Source: a virus (taxonomy: Duplodnaviria; Caudoviricetes). From it: a stretch of 64,000 bases of DNA. Position 1 is the first letter of the stretch; every line of letters starts with the position of its first letter. The notes beneath the pieces are model-generated. The model saw only the letters and a program-made list of their open reading frames with translations, ran no database searches and was not told the origin of the DNA. Below are positions 39,084 through 47,585 of this stretch, piece by piece. Position numbers and translations under genes: made by a program. Location: the IMG/VR virus record IMGVR_UViG_3300049846_003387, positions 1,932-65,931 of that record; one strand, written 5' to 3'.

Positions 39084-39090
39084 TATTGAC
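39084..39090 (+). promoter_or_regulatory. TATTGAC (variant box)
   Basis: 29 bp before ATG 39120. Confidence 0.45.
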
Positions 39091-39119
39091 AATTGAAATT
39101 AACTTTATATAAATTTTTT

Positions 39120-39344
39120 ATGCTCAAAATATATACCAATCATACAATTTTGCAATACTTTCCACACGGAATGATTTGCGATCAGTATGGAAGACTGTGG
39201 TATACTGACAGCGCTTTGGAAGAGGATGCTTCCGAGATCGACGATCAGCTTGAAGCAATTAAAGTCCCTCTAAACGATCACCTTGCTTGGAAGCAAGAGC
39301 AAGCTACAGCTCTTAATTTACTAAAAAAGAAAATAGGCATTTAA
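39120..39344 (+). CDS. hypothetical protein
   Basis: Small ORF between two TATTGA boxes. Confidence 0.6.
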   Translation: MLKIYTNHTILQYFPHGMICDQYGRLWYTDSALEEDASEIDDQLEAIKVPLNDHLAWKQEQATALNLLKKKIGI

Positions 39345-39348
39345 AAAG

Positions 39349-39355
39349 TATTGAT
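39349..39355 (+). promoter_or_regulatory. TATTGAT box
   Basis: Intergenic, before ATG 39412. Confidence 0.6.
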
Positions 39356-39411
39356 ATTTGACATAAAAGTGTAGTTATATATTTCTGAATAACTTAAAAG
39401 GAGTTGTCAAC

Positions 39412-40281
39412 ATGAGTAACAATGGTTCAGTTTGGACGGATTTCATGTCGTCTGAATATGCTCAAAACGAGCTTAAGAAAATCGAAAAGAAAGCCCAACA
39501 ATGGAGTGTTAATATGGATCGCGGCCCACTCTATGATAAGGCTAATCCAGGAAACGACACTACTCTTTCACAATCTGTGACCACACAAGGAGTCTCAGGT
39601 GGTGGTGGAAGTATGGTTGGAAACGAAGATCGCAAACCTTTATATACAACAAAATCTGCACCAGTTCCTGGTGGAGAAGAAACCTACGCTGATGCAACCG
39701 TAGAAGGTCTCGAAGATATTCATTCAGCTATGCTCGAAGTAGCTCACAAAGCTCCAACAGGTAAACCACTTGGAACACAAGATAATAAGCCTGAAAAATG
39801 GGACGGAATTCAAGCTGCAGGTAGCAAAAAAGTAAAACAATTGCTCAAAAAAGCTCAAGATATGTTTGATGGTGACGGTGAACTTCCTCCTGAAGCAGAA
39901 GATCTTGAAAGCGTTGAAGACATGATTGGTACAGAAGATCATGATGATGAAGACAAAGTTGATATTTCTGAAGTTTCAGGTCTTTTTGATTCGTATGACG
40001 AAGAAGAAGAAGATGAAGATGAATCGCTAGAATCTATTCTCGAAGAACTCGAAAGTGAAGATTCTCATGGTGGAATGCCTATGATGGATAAAATGGGTGA
40101 TGAACATATGGCAACTGCCTCTACAACTCGCAAAACTGTTGCTATTCTTCAAGAGCTTGTAAAAATTGCTAACGATCTCGATGCTAATAAGCAACATGCT
40201 GATGCATCAGAAATTGATGCTGTTCTCAAGGAAGAAGTTCAAACTCTTTTAGCTTCAGCAAAAAAAAAGTCACAAAAGTAG
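39412..40281 (+). CDS. acidic putative head/scaffold-associated protein
   Basis: AAGGAG RBS; KKAQ twice, LVKIANDLD; ends at an A9 run. Confidence 0.85.
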   Translation: MSNNGSVWTDFMSSEYAQNELKKIEKKAQQWSVNMDRGPLYDKANPGNDTTLSQSVTTQGVSGGGGSMVGNEDRKPLYTTKSAPVPGGEETYADATVEGLEDIHSAMLEVAHKAPTGKPLGTQDNKPEKWDGIQAAGSKKVKQLLKKAQDMFDGDGELPPEAEDLESVEDMIGTEDHDDEDKVDISEVSGLFDSYDEEEEDEDESLESILEELESEDSHGGMPMMDKMGDEHMATASTTRKTVAILQELVKIANDLDANKQHADASEIDAVLKEEVQTLLASAKKKSQK

Positions 40282-40397
40282 CAAGATCGCAATTTGTTTG
40301 CCCCAACTGCAAATCTGAAACTACAGCTGGCTCTTGGGGTGAAGCTCCAAATTGTTCTACTTGTTCTCCACAAGTGAAGATGCAAATTAAGAAATAA
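40260..40397 (+). other. putative -1 frameshift site and Zn-ribbon extension
   Basis: A_AAA_AAG at 40263-69; -1 frame VTKVARSQFVCPNCKS...PNCSTCSPQVKMQIKK* has no start codon ahead of the Cys motifs. Confidence 0.7.
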
Positions 40398-40425
40398 TTT
40401 AAGAAACTTACTTAATTACAACTCC

Positions 40426-40457
40426 ATACCCTAAAGAGCTTAGGTTCTTTAGGGTAT
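40426..40457. terminator. hairpin terminator between convergent genes
   Basis: ataccctaaagagc-ttag-gttctttagggtat, 14-bp stem with one G-U pair. Confidence 0.8.
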
Positions 40458-40514
40458 ATTTTATTCTAATCTCGCAGCGGAATTACTTTCACTTCCCTAC
40501 TATATTTCTCACTC

Positions 40515-41210
40515 TTAAATGACTCCTTGGGGACTTCTTTGCAAAGGAATATTGTTGATATCTACAATTCCTTCAAGAGCCCAACATACATCATCCTCAT
40601 CGAACTTAATATATCCCTTAATTATAAACGAGAAATTGCTACAAGTTGTTCCTATAAACTCAGATTGTGTGGTAAATAACTCTAAATCTATACGCTTCAA
40701 TTCCTGTTCTTGAATCAACTCTACGAGATCTGGGTATATATTCGACTGGAACTCGTCGAGGTATTCTCTTATGTCTCGATCTAAACCGAACACCTCAAAT
40801 CTCTCAATGTCATAATATGGTTGAATTACTGTAAACATAAACATAGAAGTACTTGGTTTATCACACTCAAGACGACAAAGGTAGTCCTGAATATCACCTA
40901 CATCCAGGATAGATTCCCCCTTACTATTCAGTAAAATTAAGGACTCATCGGCATAAATCACATTATAAATATCTGAATAATATTCTTGTAGTTTCAAGTG
41001 TTTTTCTTCACTGGTCATTAAGAATTCTTCAGCCTTCTTTCGCCATTTAGGATCCTCATCGGTCAGTAATAAGGCAGCATATTTTTGATAGAATTCTCGC
41101 TCGTCTCTATAATAAGGATCAAAAGTAGAGTATTGTAACGTAGGAGGTTGAACCACCTCTCCCACCTGATGATATGTACCTACAACTTGAAGCAGGAAAT
41201 TATATCTCAT
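40515..41210 (-). CDS. hypothetical protein, lone antisense gene in the late module
   Basis: 231-aa ORF with AAGGA RBS; LLLTDEDPKWRKKA motif. Confidence 0.8.
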   Translation of the reverse strand: MRYNFLLQVVGTYHQVGEVVQPPTLQYSTFDPYYRDEREFYQKYAALLLTDEDPKWRKKAEEFLMTSEEKHLKLQEYYSDIYNVIYADESLILLNSKGESILDVGDIQDYLCRLECDKPSTSMFMFTVIQPYYDIERFEVFGLDRDIREYLDEFQSNIYPDLVELIQEQELKRIDLELFTTQSEFIGTTCSNFSFIIKGYIKFDEDDVCWALEGIVDINNIPLQRSPQGVI

Positions 41211-41241
41211 AAATTCTTTTCCTTAATAATATTGATCTTAA

Positions 41242-41270
41242 ATTATAGCACATCTCCTCATACTGAGCAA
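41242..41270 (-). promoter_or_regulatory. sigma70-type promoter
   Basis: TTGCTC-17 nt-TATAAT with extended TG, upstream of ATG 41210. Confidence 0.6.
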
Positions 41271-41271
41271 C

Positions 41272-41278
41272 TATTGAT
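41272..41278 (+). promoter_or_regulatory. TATTGAT box (second copy at 41230-41236)
   Basis: Upstream of the terminase gene. Confidence 0.6.
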
Positions 41279-41323
41279 TTTCAATTCAATTATGTAGTTT
41301 CTACATCCAAAAACCATCACTGA

Positions 41324-43177
41324 TTGGATCCAATGGCTGATTTCTTCTCTCAATTTTTAAATAACTTAGATATCGTAGAGTTTGTGGAGAATAGCCTCAT
41401 CCTCGAAGGATCGCCATTCCTATACTCTAACAACGGTCGAGACTTTGCTAAGCAGATTATGCGCTATGGAGCGCACATAATGCCGTATAATAAGAGCTCT
41501 AAGCCTATGATTGTAGTTAAGGGAAGGCAGGTCGGACTTTCAACGCTATCAGCCGCTATGAGCCTATATTTCATGCATGCTGAATCGCACAAGTCGTTTT
41601 TACATTGTTTTCCAGAAATTGGTCAGGCTAGACGTTTTAGTACTAAAAGATTGATAGAACTCATTGAGGATTCACAAAAACATGGCAAGCTACCAAGCAA
41701 TTTCTTAAATACTTCATCTACTGCAACTCAAAGTCAAGTACAAAAGGATTTTCACAAGAATAATACTCTTTACGTCGAAGGTACTTCCCTTGACGGTCGT
41801 CGTCTAAGAGGTGTTTCCATCTCTGGACTATGTATGATGGATGAGTTTGCCTCATTAACTGAAGCTGCCTACAGAAACGTCTTAGAATGTTCCGCTAACT
41901 CGCACTTTGGCTACATAAATAAAGGGAAGCAACTTCCTCATCTAGTCTTCGGAACACCTGAGGCCGAAGGAACCCTATTTGAAAACCTATGGAAAAAATC
42001 TAATCAACAAGAGTTCTTTTTCAAGTGTCCTCACTGTGGTCATGAAGTCAATCTTTTCTATGATGTTCGCAATCGCGACTCCGTTGATACAAATCTTTTT
42101 GAAGGTACTTTAGTAACTTGTCGAACAAAAGATAATAAGGGTTGTGGTAAGCCTTTTGATAAAATTAAGGAAATGTCCAAAGGTTCTTGGAAGGCTACAA
42201 TTTATACTGATTGTGAATATGTAGGTTTTTATGTCCCTCAGTTTTTAAACGGATCAATTACTAAAGAATCGATCGATCAAAAGTTTAAAGAATATCACAC
42301 CAAGCAGTTCTATAACGAGGTGCTTGGAAAATTCTATTCATTTGAAGATGAAGTTCTAACTAAGAATGAGATTATTAGGCTCACTACAACCAATCCCAAA
42401 ACTACTGACTGGGATTTTCCTCCTCATATTATTGATAAGCAAACCTTTATGGGAATTGACTGGGGAGCTCGAGTTTCGGGTGTTGAAGATACAGGATCAG
42501 GTTCCTATACAGTTGTTACTGTTATGAGTGTTCTTCCTACAGGACATTTAAAACTCGAGCACTGTAGTAGGTTATCTACTAACGATACAGATGAAAAAGT
42601 TAAGCAAGTTACTGCTTTGATGAAAAAATTTAATGTTTTGAAATGTGTTGCAGACAAAGGCTTTGGTTACGATATAGGTCAACGTCTTCAGAAGTTAGTA
42701 GGACCAGATAGATTCTCAATGTGCGAATGGGGTGGACATACCAAAAAGGCGGTTTCTTATGATAAGGAAATTAATACTATAAGAGCCGATAAACATGTAG
42801 CTCATGAATTATTTTTTGACAATTTGAAACAAGGTAAATTTTGTTTTCCTTATTCATTAAGAGCTGAGCAGGAAATAGAGTGGCTGTTAGATCATATGAC
42901 CAACATAGAAGTAATTAATGTAGAGAAAAATGGAATGATCAAAAAAGAGTTCCGAAAAAAAATGGGAAAAGAAACTGACGGGCTAGCTAGTTTAATATAT
43001 ACTTACACGGCATTTCAATTTTTTAAAACAAGTGGATTTGCATCAGATATAGTTACAAAAGGAATGGGCGGAAATCGAACAGGACTACAACCTTACTTAG
43101 TTAGGCCAAGTAGTAGTCGAATCGGAAGCCACAATGTAACTAAAAATTATTCAAGACACGACAGGAGACGTAGATGA
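41324..43177 (+). CDS. terL: terminase large subunit (GpA-like)
   Basis: VKGRQVGLST Walker A, MMDEF Walker B, FGTP, CPHCG, FYNEVLG, FMGIDWG nuclease motif; start may be ATG 41333. Confidence 0.92.
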   Translation: MDPMADFFSQFLNNLDIVEFVENSLILEGSPFLYSNNGRDFAKQIMRYGAHIMPYNKSSKPMIVVKGRQVGLSTLSAAMSLYFMHAESHKSFLHCFPEIGQARRFSTKRLIELIEDSQKHGKLPSNFLNTSSTATQSQVQKDFHKNNTLYVEGTSLDGRRLRGVSISGLCMMDEFASLTEAAYRNVLECSANSHFGYINKGKQLPHLVFGTPEAEGTLFENLWKKSNQQEFFFKCPHCGHEVNLFYDVRNRDSVDTNLFEGTLVTCRTKDNKGCGKPFDKIKEMSKGSWKATIYTDCEYVGFYVPQFLNGSITKESIDQKFKEYHTKQFYNEVLGKFYSFEDEVLTKNEIIRLTTTNPKTTDWDFPPHIIDKQTFMGIDWGARVSGVEDTGSGSYTVVTVMSVLPTGHLKLEHCSRLSTNDTDEKVKQVTALMKKFNVLKCVADKGFGYDIGQRLQKLVGPDRFSMCEWGGHTKKAVSYDKEINTIRADKHVAHELFFDNLKQGKFCFPYSLRAEQEIEWLLDHMTNIEVINVEKNGMIKKEFRKKMGKETDGLASLIYTYTAFQFFKTSGFASDIVTKGMGGNRTGLQPYLVRPSSSRIGSHNVTKNYSRHDRRRR

Positions 43178-43764
43178 AGATTGTTGTAAAGTTCATAGAA
43201 CTATCTGGAAGACATTTCTATTTAGAAATATCTTCTTCAAAGCTAGAAGCCTTTAATCAAATTCGCAATAAGAATAAATTTCTTAAAATAGGAGAAGATA
43301 GATATTCTTATGTAGGTCTTGAAAATGATAAAATTCCTACTTTTAGACAAGTAGATCTCTTCGATTTAAAGATAGCCCAATTTGGATTTAAGGTACTTAA
43401 AGCTGATTTCAAGTTAGGACAGGCACTTTTACACAGTGCTCCAAATGTAGATATTGATAAGATTATTAAGTTTATTGATATTTCAAGAGATCCTCGCATT
43501 AATCAAATACGAGAACTTGCGAAGTTGGGTGAGCGACAAAAAGCATATGCAAGAGTATTATTCTGGTCAGCAAAACGAGACATTTTTAGAGAAGAAATGG
43601 AGAAGGCAAGTGTATTAAAAACCTCTCCAGAGCTAGGAGAACATCAATCGCTTACTTCGCAGGTTCTTGAAGAATTACGAAAACGAATTAATGAGGCTAC
43701 GAAGGCTTATAAAGATTTTCCTGAAACTAAAGAAGAAGAATTTGAAAGAAAACGCAAATATTAA
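43174..43764 (+). CDS. hypothetical protein
   Basis: 196-aa ORF, ATGA-coupled to the terminase gene. Confidence 0.75.
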   Translation: MKIVVKFIELSGRHFYLEISSSKLEAFNQIRNKNKFLKIGEDRYSYVGLENDKIPTFRQVDLFDLKIAQFGFKVLKADFKLGQALLHSAPNVDIDKIIKFIDISRDPRINQIRELAKLGERQKAYARVLFWSAKRDIFREEMEKASVLKTSPELGEHQSLTSQVLEELRKRINEATKAYKDFPETKEEEFERKRKY

Positions 43765-46457
43765 TGCTATACCCCTTTATAAAAATTGCATATCGCCGCT
43801 GGACACAAGAGGAAGTAGATCTTCTTAAGGAAGAAATTCTACAAGGAAGATCTCTTGGCGAGAGTTTTAAGGACATTTATCAAACAGTTGCTCGTAAATT
43901 AAAGCGTTCACCAACAGAAGTTGAGCGTAAATTAATCAGGCTATATCGTACTGATGAGCAACTTAGAGCTTTGAAACAAGAAGACTGGTCTAGAGCTAAG
44001 ATTCTTGATCAAATAAAAGGATTATATCTCAACAATCAACCAATTAATAAAAATCACCTTCCTGATAAGTTAAAGTATATTTTGCTTAAGGTTGTCCCTC
44101 CTGCTGCTCCTCAACATAGAAGTTGGTTTGAGAGTGTTGATCATGCTTTAGCAGAAGCTGTTTTTTCATGCAAGTATCCTCGTTTAGAGGATGGTAGTTT
44201 AGATCGTGAAAGTCCGTTGAATTCTTTAGAAGAAGCTCTAAAATACATTCGTCTAGGACACAAGAAGAGACACACTTGGTCTTTAGAGGAGATCAAACAA
44301 ATCTTAACAGAACTAAATGATGCAGACTATCCAATCACTTTACCATTTTTAGCCAATCATTACAATCTTTACAAAGATCTAATTAATATTAATCGCAAAC
44401 TGGAGAGTTTAAGAGATGTTATCAAGAAGTTTATTGATGATGGTCAAATTCAATCTTATGCCGATTTGGTTTGTGGAATCGCTCCTGATTATGTTGATTA
44501 TTACTCTCCAGATCGTTCTAGATTAAGACTTTCTACAGAAGAAATAAGAGTTAAAAAGTTTTTAGATAGATTTCAAATTCCTTATGTTATTCCGCGTCTT
44601 TCTGATAAAATACAAACAGGACTTCCTAATTTTAATAATTTCGTTCCAGACTTTATACTTATAGATGATAAAGGGGTTCCTTTAGCTATTGTTGAGGTCT
44701 TTGGGAGTATAGGTGATAGAGAGAATGCTGGAGTTAATGATATTTACAATAATAAAACCAAAGCAAAAGTTGAATTCTATAATAATATTCCAAATTTAAA
44801 ATTTATAGAAATCTACAACAATAGTAATAAATGTGACCTTGACGACGGTAGTCTCTTTGATCGATTTGGATCATATATTAAAATGCAAAAACAAGCAAAA
44901 ATATTATTACCTTTCACTAAAAAAGCTCAAGAAAAAGAACAACCTTTTGTTACCATCTACACTAAAGAACATGGTAGACAAGAGCTTACTGGTGAGGAGT
45001 GGGATAAGTTTGAGCTATCTTCCATAACTTTTCATAGAGAAGACGGACCTGCTGTAGAGCTGCCTGATGGAACCAAATATTGGTATATAAATGGTAAGCT
45101 TCATAGTATAGAATATGCTGATGGAGAAAAACAATGGTTCAAAAATGGTAAACGTCATAGAGAAGATGGGCCTGCTATAGAGTATAATGATGGAACTAAA
45201 GAATGGTATATGAATGGTGAACTTCATAGAGAAGATGGATATGCTGTAGAGGATGCTAATGGAACCAAATATTGGTATATAAATGGTAAACAGCATAGAG
45301 AAGATGGAGCTGCTGTAGAGCATACTAATGGAACTAAACATTGGTATCTAAATGGTCAACGTCATAGAATAGATGGACCTGCTGTAGATCGTGTTGATGG
45401 AACTAAAGAATGGTTTGTAAATGGTAAACGTCATAGAATAGATGGACCTGCTGTAGAGCTGCCTGATGGAACTAAGGAATGGTGGATGAATGGTATGCTC
45501 CTCCAGGATCCTGAAAAATCAGGTAAGCCTCTATTAGAACAGTTTTCAGAACAGTATTCAAAAAAACAGACATATAATTCTCTCGTTGGTTCGCAAGATA
45601 TCTCTCCTTTCAAATATACTGGCCCAGCCAAACTGTGGCTACAAATGGCAGAAAATGCACCTACCTTAGAAGACCAAAATATAAATGGTGAAGTATGTGT
45701 TACACCCTTCGGTACAGGTCAAAAAGTCTTTAGAGAATCTGACGGTCATTTAGGCTACATTTGGAAGGGTAAGCCTTCATATTATTTTCCTTTTGATGTA
45801 TATAGTGTTGTAAATAAAAATGGCAAAAGATCGATAGATTTTGACGATATACAATTTAACACTAATCAAGAAGAAGCTTGGTTAACTCCTGCTAAATCGC
45901 AATTGGTAGGATTATTATATGTAACCAATCAACCCAACTTAAAAAGCTTTGTAGAAAAAGATAAAGAAGGAGTAGAATTTCTACTTTCTCAACCTAGTAA
46001 AAAAAGCTATCTTCGATTTCCTTCTGGTAAGGTACAAGAAGTTACAGGTAAGGATCTTCAATCACAAGAAGATGTAGAGCATGAACACTTAGAAAATAAA
46101 GTAGCTTCTCTAGAAGATTTAGTCACAACCTCCTTCTTTGCATCTCAATCCAATCTTCAGAAATATGGATGTTCTATTTTATATAATACAAATGCATCCA
46201 GCAAGCCCTATAGCTTTTTAGTTCTTGGAGAACAAGATCTTAGATTCGACTCTCTCTTAGAATTACCTAAGTTAACTCCAAAAAATAAAGCAATGAAGTC
46301 CATAATAGATAGAATCATGGAAAAGCAAAAATATCGCTTCACTTCTCCTCTCAATTCTGTAGAACAACAAAAAGACTATCAGCCTCGAAATGAGCCAATC
46401 GATAACGAATCTGAACGAGGTCTTCCTATTTCATACCAAGAACCTCGCTTTCGATAG
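43764..46457 (+). CDS. multidomain protein: Myb/HTH-like repeats, PD-(D/E)XK nuclease-like domain, HREDGPA (MORN-like) repeats
   Basis: RRWTQEEVDLL, WSRAKIL, WSLEEI; FVPDFILID...IVEVFG; seven HREDGPA-type units. Confidence 0.8.
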   Translation: MLYPFIKIAYRRWTQEEVDLLKEEILQGRSLGESFKDIYQTVARKLKRSPTEVERKLIRLYRTDEQLRALKQEDWSRAKILDQIKGLYLNNQPINKNHLPDKLKYILLKVVPPAAPQHRSWFESVDHALAEAVFSCKYPRLEDGSLDRESPLNSLEEALKYIRLGHKKRHTWSLEEIKQILTELNDADYPITLPFLANHYNLYKDLININRKLESLRDVIKKFIDDGQIQSYADLVCGIAPDYVDYYSPDRSRLRLSTEEIRVKKFLDRFQIPYVIPRLSDKIQTGLPNFNNFVPDFILIDDKGVPLAIVEVFGSIGDRENAGVNDIYNNKTKAKVEFYNNIPNLKFIEIYNNSNKCDLDDGSLFDRFGSYIKMQKQAKILLPFTKKAQEKEQPFVTIYTKEHGRQELTGEEWDKFELSSITFHREDGPAVELPDGTKYWYINGKLHSIEYADGEKQWFKNGKRHREDGPAIEYNDGTKEWYMNGELHREDGYAVEDANGTKYWYINGKQHREDGAAVEHTNGTKHWYLNGQRHRIDGPAVDRVDGTKEWFVNGKRHRIDGPAVELPDGTKEWWMNGMLLQDPEKSGKPLLEQFSEQYSKKQTYNSLVGSQDISPFKYTGPAKLWLQMAENAPTLEDQNINGEVCVTPFGTGQKVFRESDGHLGYIWKGKPSYYFPFDVYSVVNKNGKRSIDFDDIQFNTNQEEAWLTPAKSQLVGLLYVTNQPNLKSFVEKDKEGVEFLLSQPSKKSYLRFPSGKVQEVTGKDLQSQEDVEHEHLENKVASLEDLVTTSFFASQSNLQKYGCSILYNTNASSKPYSFLVLGEQDLRFDSLLELPKLTPKNKAMKSIIDRIMEKQKYRFTSPLNSVEQQKDYQPRNEPIDNESERGLPISYQEPRFR
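45033..45495 (+). repeat. coding tandem repeat, 69-bp (23-aa) HREDGPA units
   Basis: catagagaagatgg...gatggaactaaa...aatggt seven times, second unit shortened. Confidence 0.9.
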
Positions 46458-46471
46458 CAATCTTCCGTATC

Positions 46472-46478
46472 TATTGAT
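46472..46478 (+). promoter_or_regulatory. TATTGAT box
   Basis: Intergenic, before ATG 46539. Confidence 0.6.
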
Positions 46479-46538
46479 AAAATACCTTCTAGCAAGGGTT
46501 GAAAGTTGTGGTATTTTTTGAGGGGGGCGAGGTGTAAG

Positions 46539-46913
46539 ATGAATAACACAGAAATGCTCGAATTCATTAAGCAAATTTTAGAGAAAACTGAAGAGACAAG
46601 AGAATGTGTACAGCAATTGGACAAAAAGGTTGATTTGCATATTCAAAAAACTGAACTTGAGTTAGCTCAAATTGCTAAATTAGATCTACAACAAAATGCA
46701 CTTTTAGATGATCATGCAAAGCGTAGTGACAGGCTCGAAAGAGATAATCAACTGAGAGAGGCAACTCTACGAAAAGAGTTCAACACTCGATTTGAAGCCA
46801 TTGAAAAACCTCGCGAATGGTTAAAAACAACAAGCAAGGTTTTCTTTTGGATAGGCTCAGCAGCAGGAGCTCTTTATGGTGCTTACGAATTTATAAAAGC
46901 TTTTTTCTTATAG
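46539..46913 (+). CDS. coiled-coil protein with C-terminal membrane helix (holin/XhlA-like architecture)
   Basis: Ends VFFWIGSAAGALYGAYEFIKAFFL; GAGGTG RBS. Confidence 0.6.
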   Translation: MNNTEMLEFIKQILEKTEETRECVQQLDKKVDLHIQKTELELAQIAKLDLQQNALLDDHAKRSDRLERDNQLREATLRKEFNTRFEAIEKPREWLKTTSKVFFWIGSAAGALYGAYEFIKAFFL

Positions 46914-46920
46914 GAAGATT

Positions 46921-47571
46921 ATGACAGAATATTTCGAAGATGCTTGGTTAGCCCTCGAGACCCAACTATCCGAATTTGATAGTTTTTTGTCAGGTCCTAA
47001 GAATGAATTCTCTTCATCCCCGCTCTCCAATAGTTCCAATAACGACACCACTAATCCTGCAAATAGTACTCAATTGCAACCATCCACCTATGAGAGACTT
47101 CTAGAAATAGAAAACATGCCTCCTCCATCAGATGATAGGCTTCATTCTTCAGATCGCAAAGAGCGCATACAAGCAGTACGAGAACTATACAACAAAACTA
47201 CTACCATTATAAATAGCCACTCTATATCACCTCTTAGAATACGCAAAGTAGCGTTTCAACTTAAGCTACTAGGCTTAGATGACGAAGCTATTCAATTGCA
47301 AAAGATAGCTAAAGCTCAAAATCTAAAACTCATAGCTCGCAGGCTAGCTCATAAAGGCTTAGTAAAGCAAGCTAATAGTCTTGAAGAAGTTGTAAATAAA
47401 CACTTCTCTTATAGTCATGAAACTGATGATATCTATAAGACATTAACTTTTGATCAACAAAACGATGATAAAGAGTTTAAGGTCAACCTTGTTGACAAAA
47501 ATACAAATGACTCTATAGCAGAAGAGTTCGATTCTTTAGAAGATGCTATTGAATTTTTTAAGAGTAAGTAG
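46921..47571 (+). CDS. putative head-associated protein
   Basis: Two helical-hairpin motifs, IRKVAFQLKLLG and IARRLAHKGLVKQA. Confidence 0.75.
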   Translation: MTEYFEDAWLALETQLSEFDSFLSGPKNEFSSSPLSNSSNNDTTNPANSTQLQPSTYERLLEIENMPPPSDDRLHSSDRKERIQAVRELYNKTTTIINSHSISPLRIRKVAFQLKLLGLDDEAIQLQKIAKAQNLKLIARRLAHKGLVKQANSLEEVVNKHFSYSHETDDIYKTLTFDQQNDDKEFKVNLVDKNTNDSIAEEFDSLEDAIEFFKSK

Positions 47572-47585
47572 TGTGATGAGTAAAT

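Noticed and set aside
40400-40515. Possible tRNA/ncRNA in larger intergenic gaps (also 15116-15208 and 63414-63550)
   Set aside because: No cloverleaf or T-loop signature visible; only terminator or promoter-like elements.
45033-45495. 69-bp repeats as a CRISPR array or DGR template/variable pair
   Set aside because: They are in-frame coding repeats without unique spacers; no reverse transcriptase or non-coding template copy is seen in this window.
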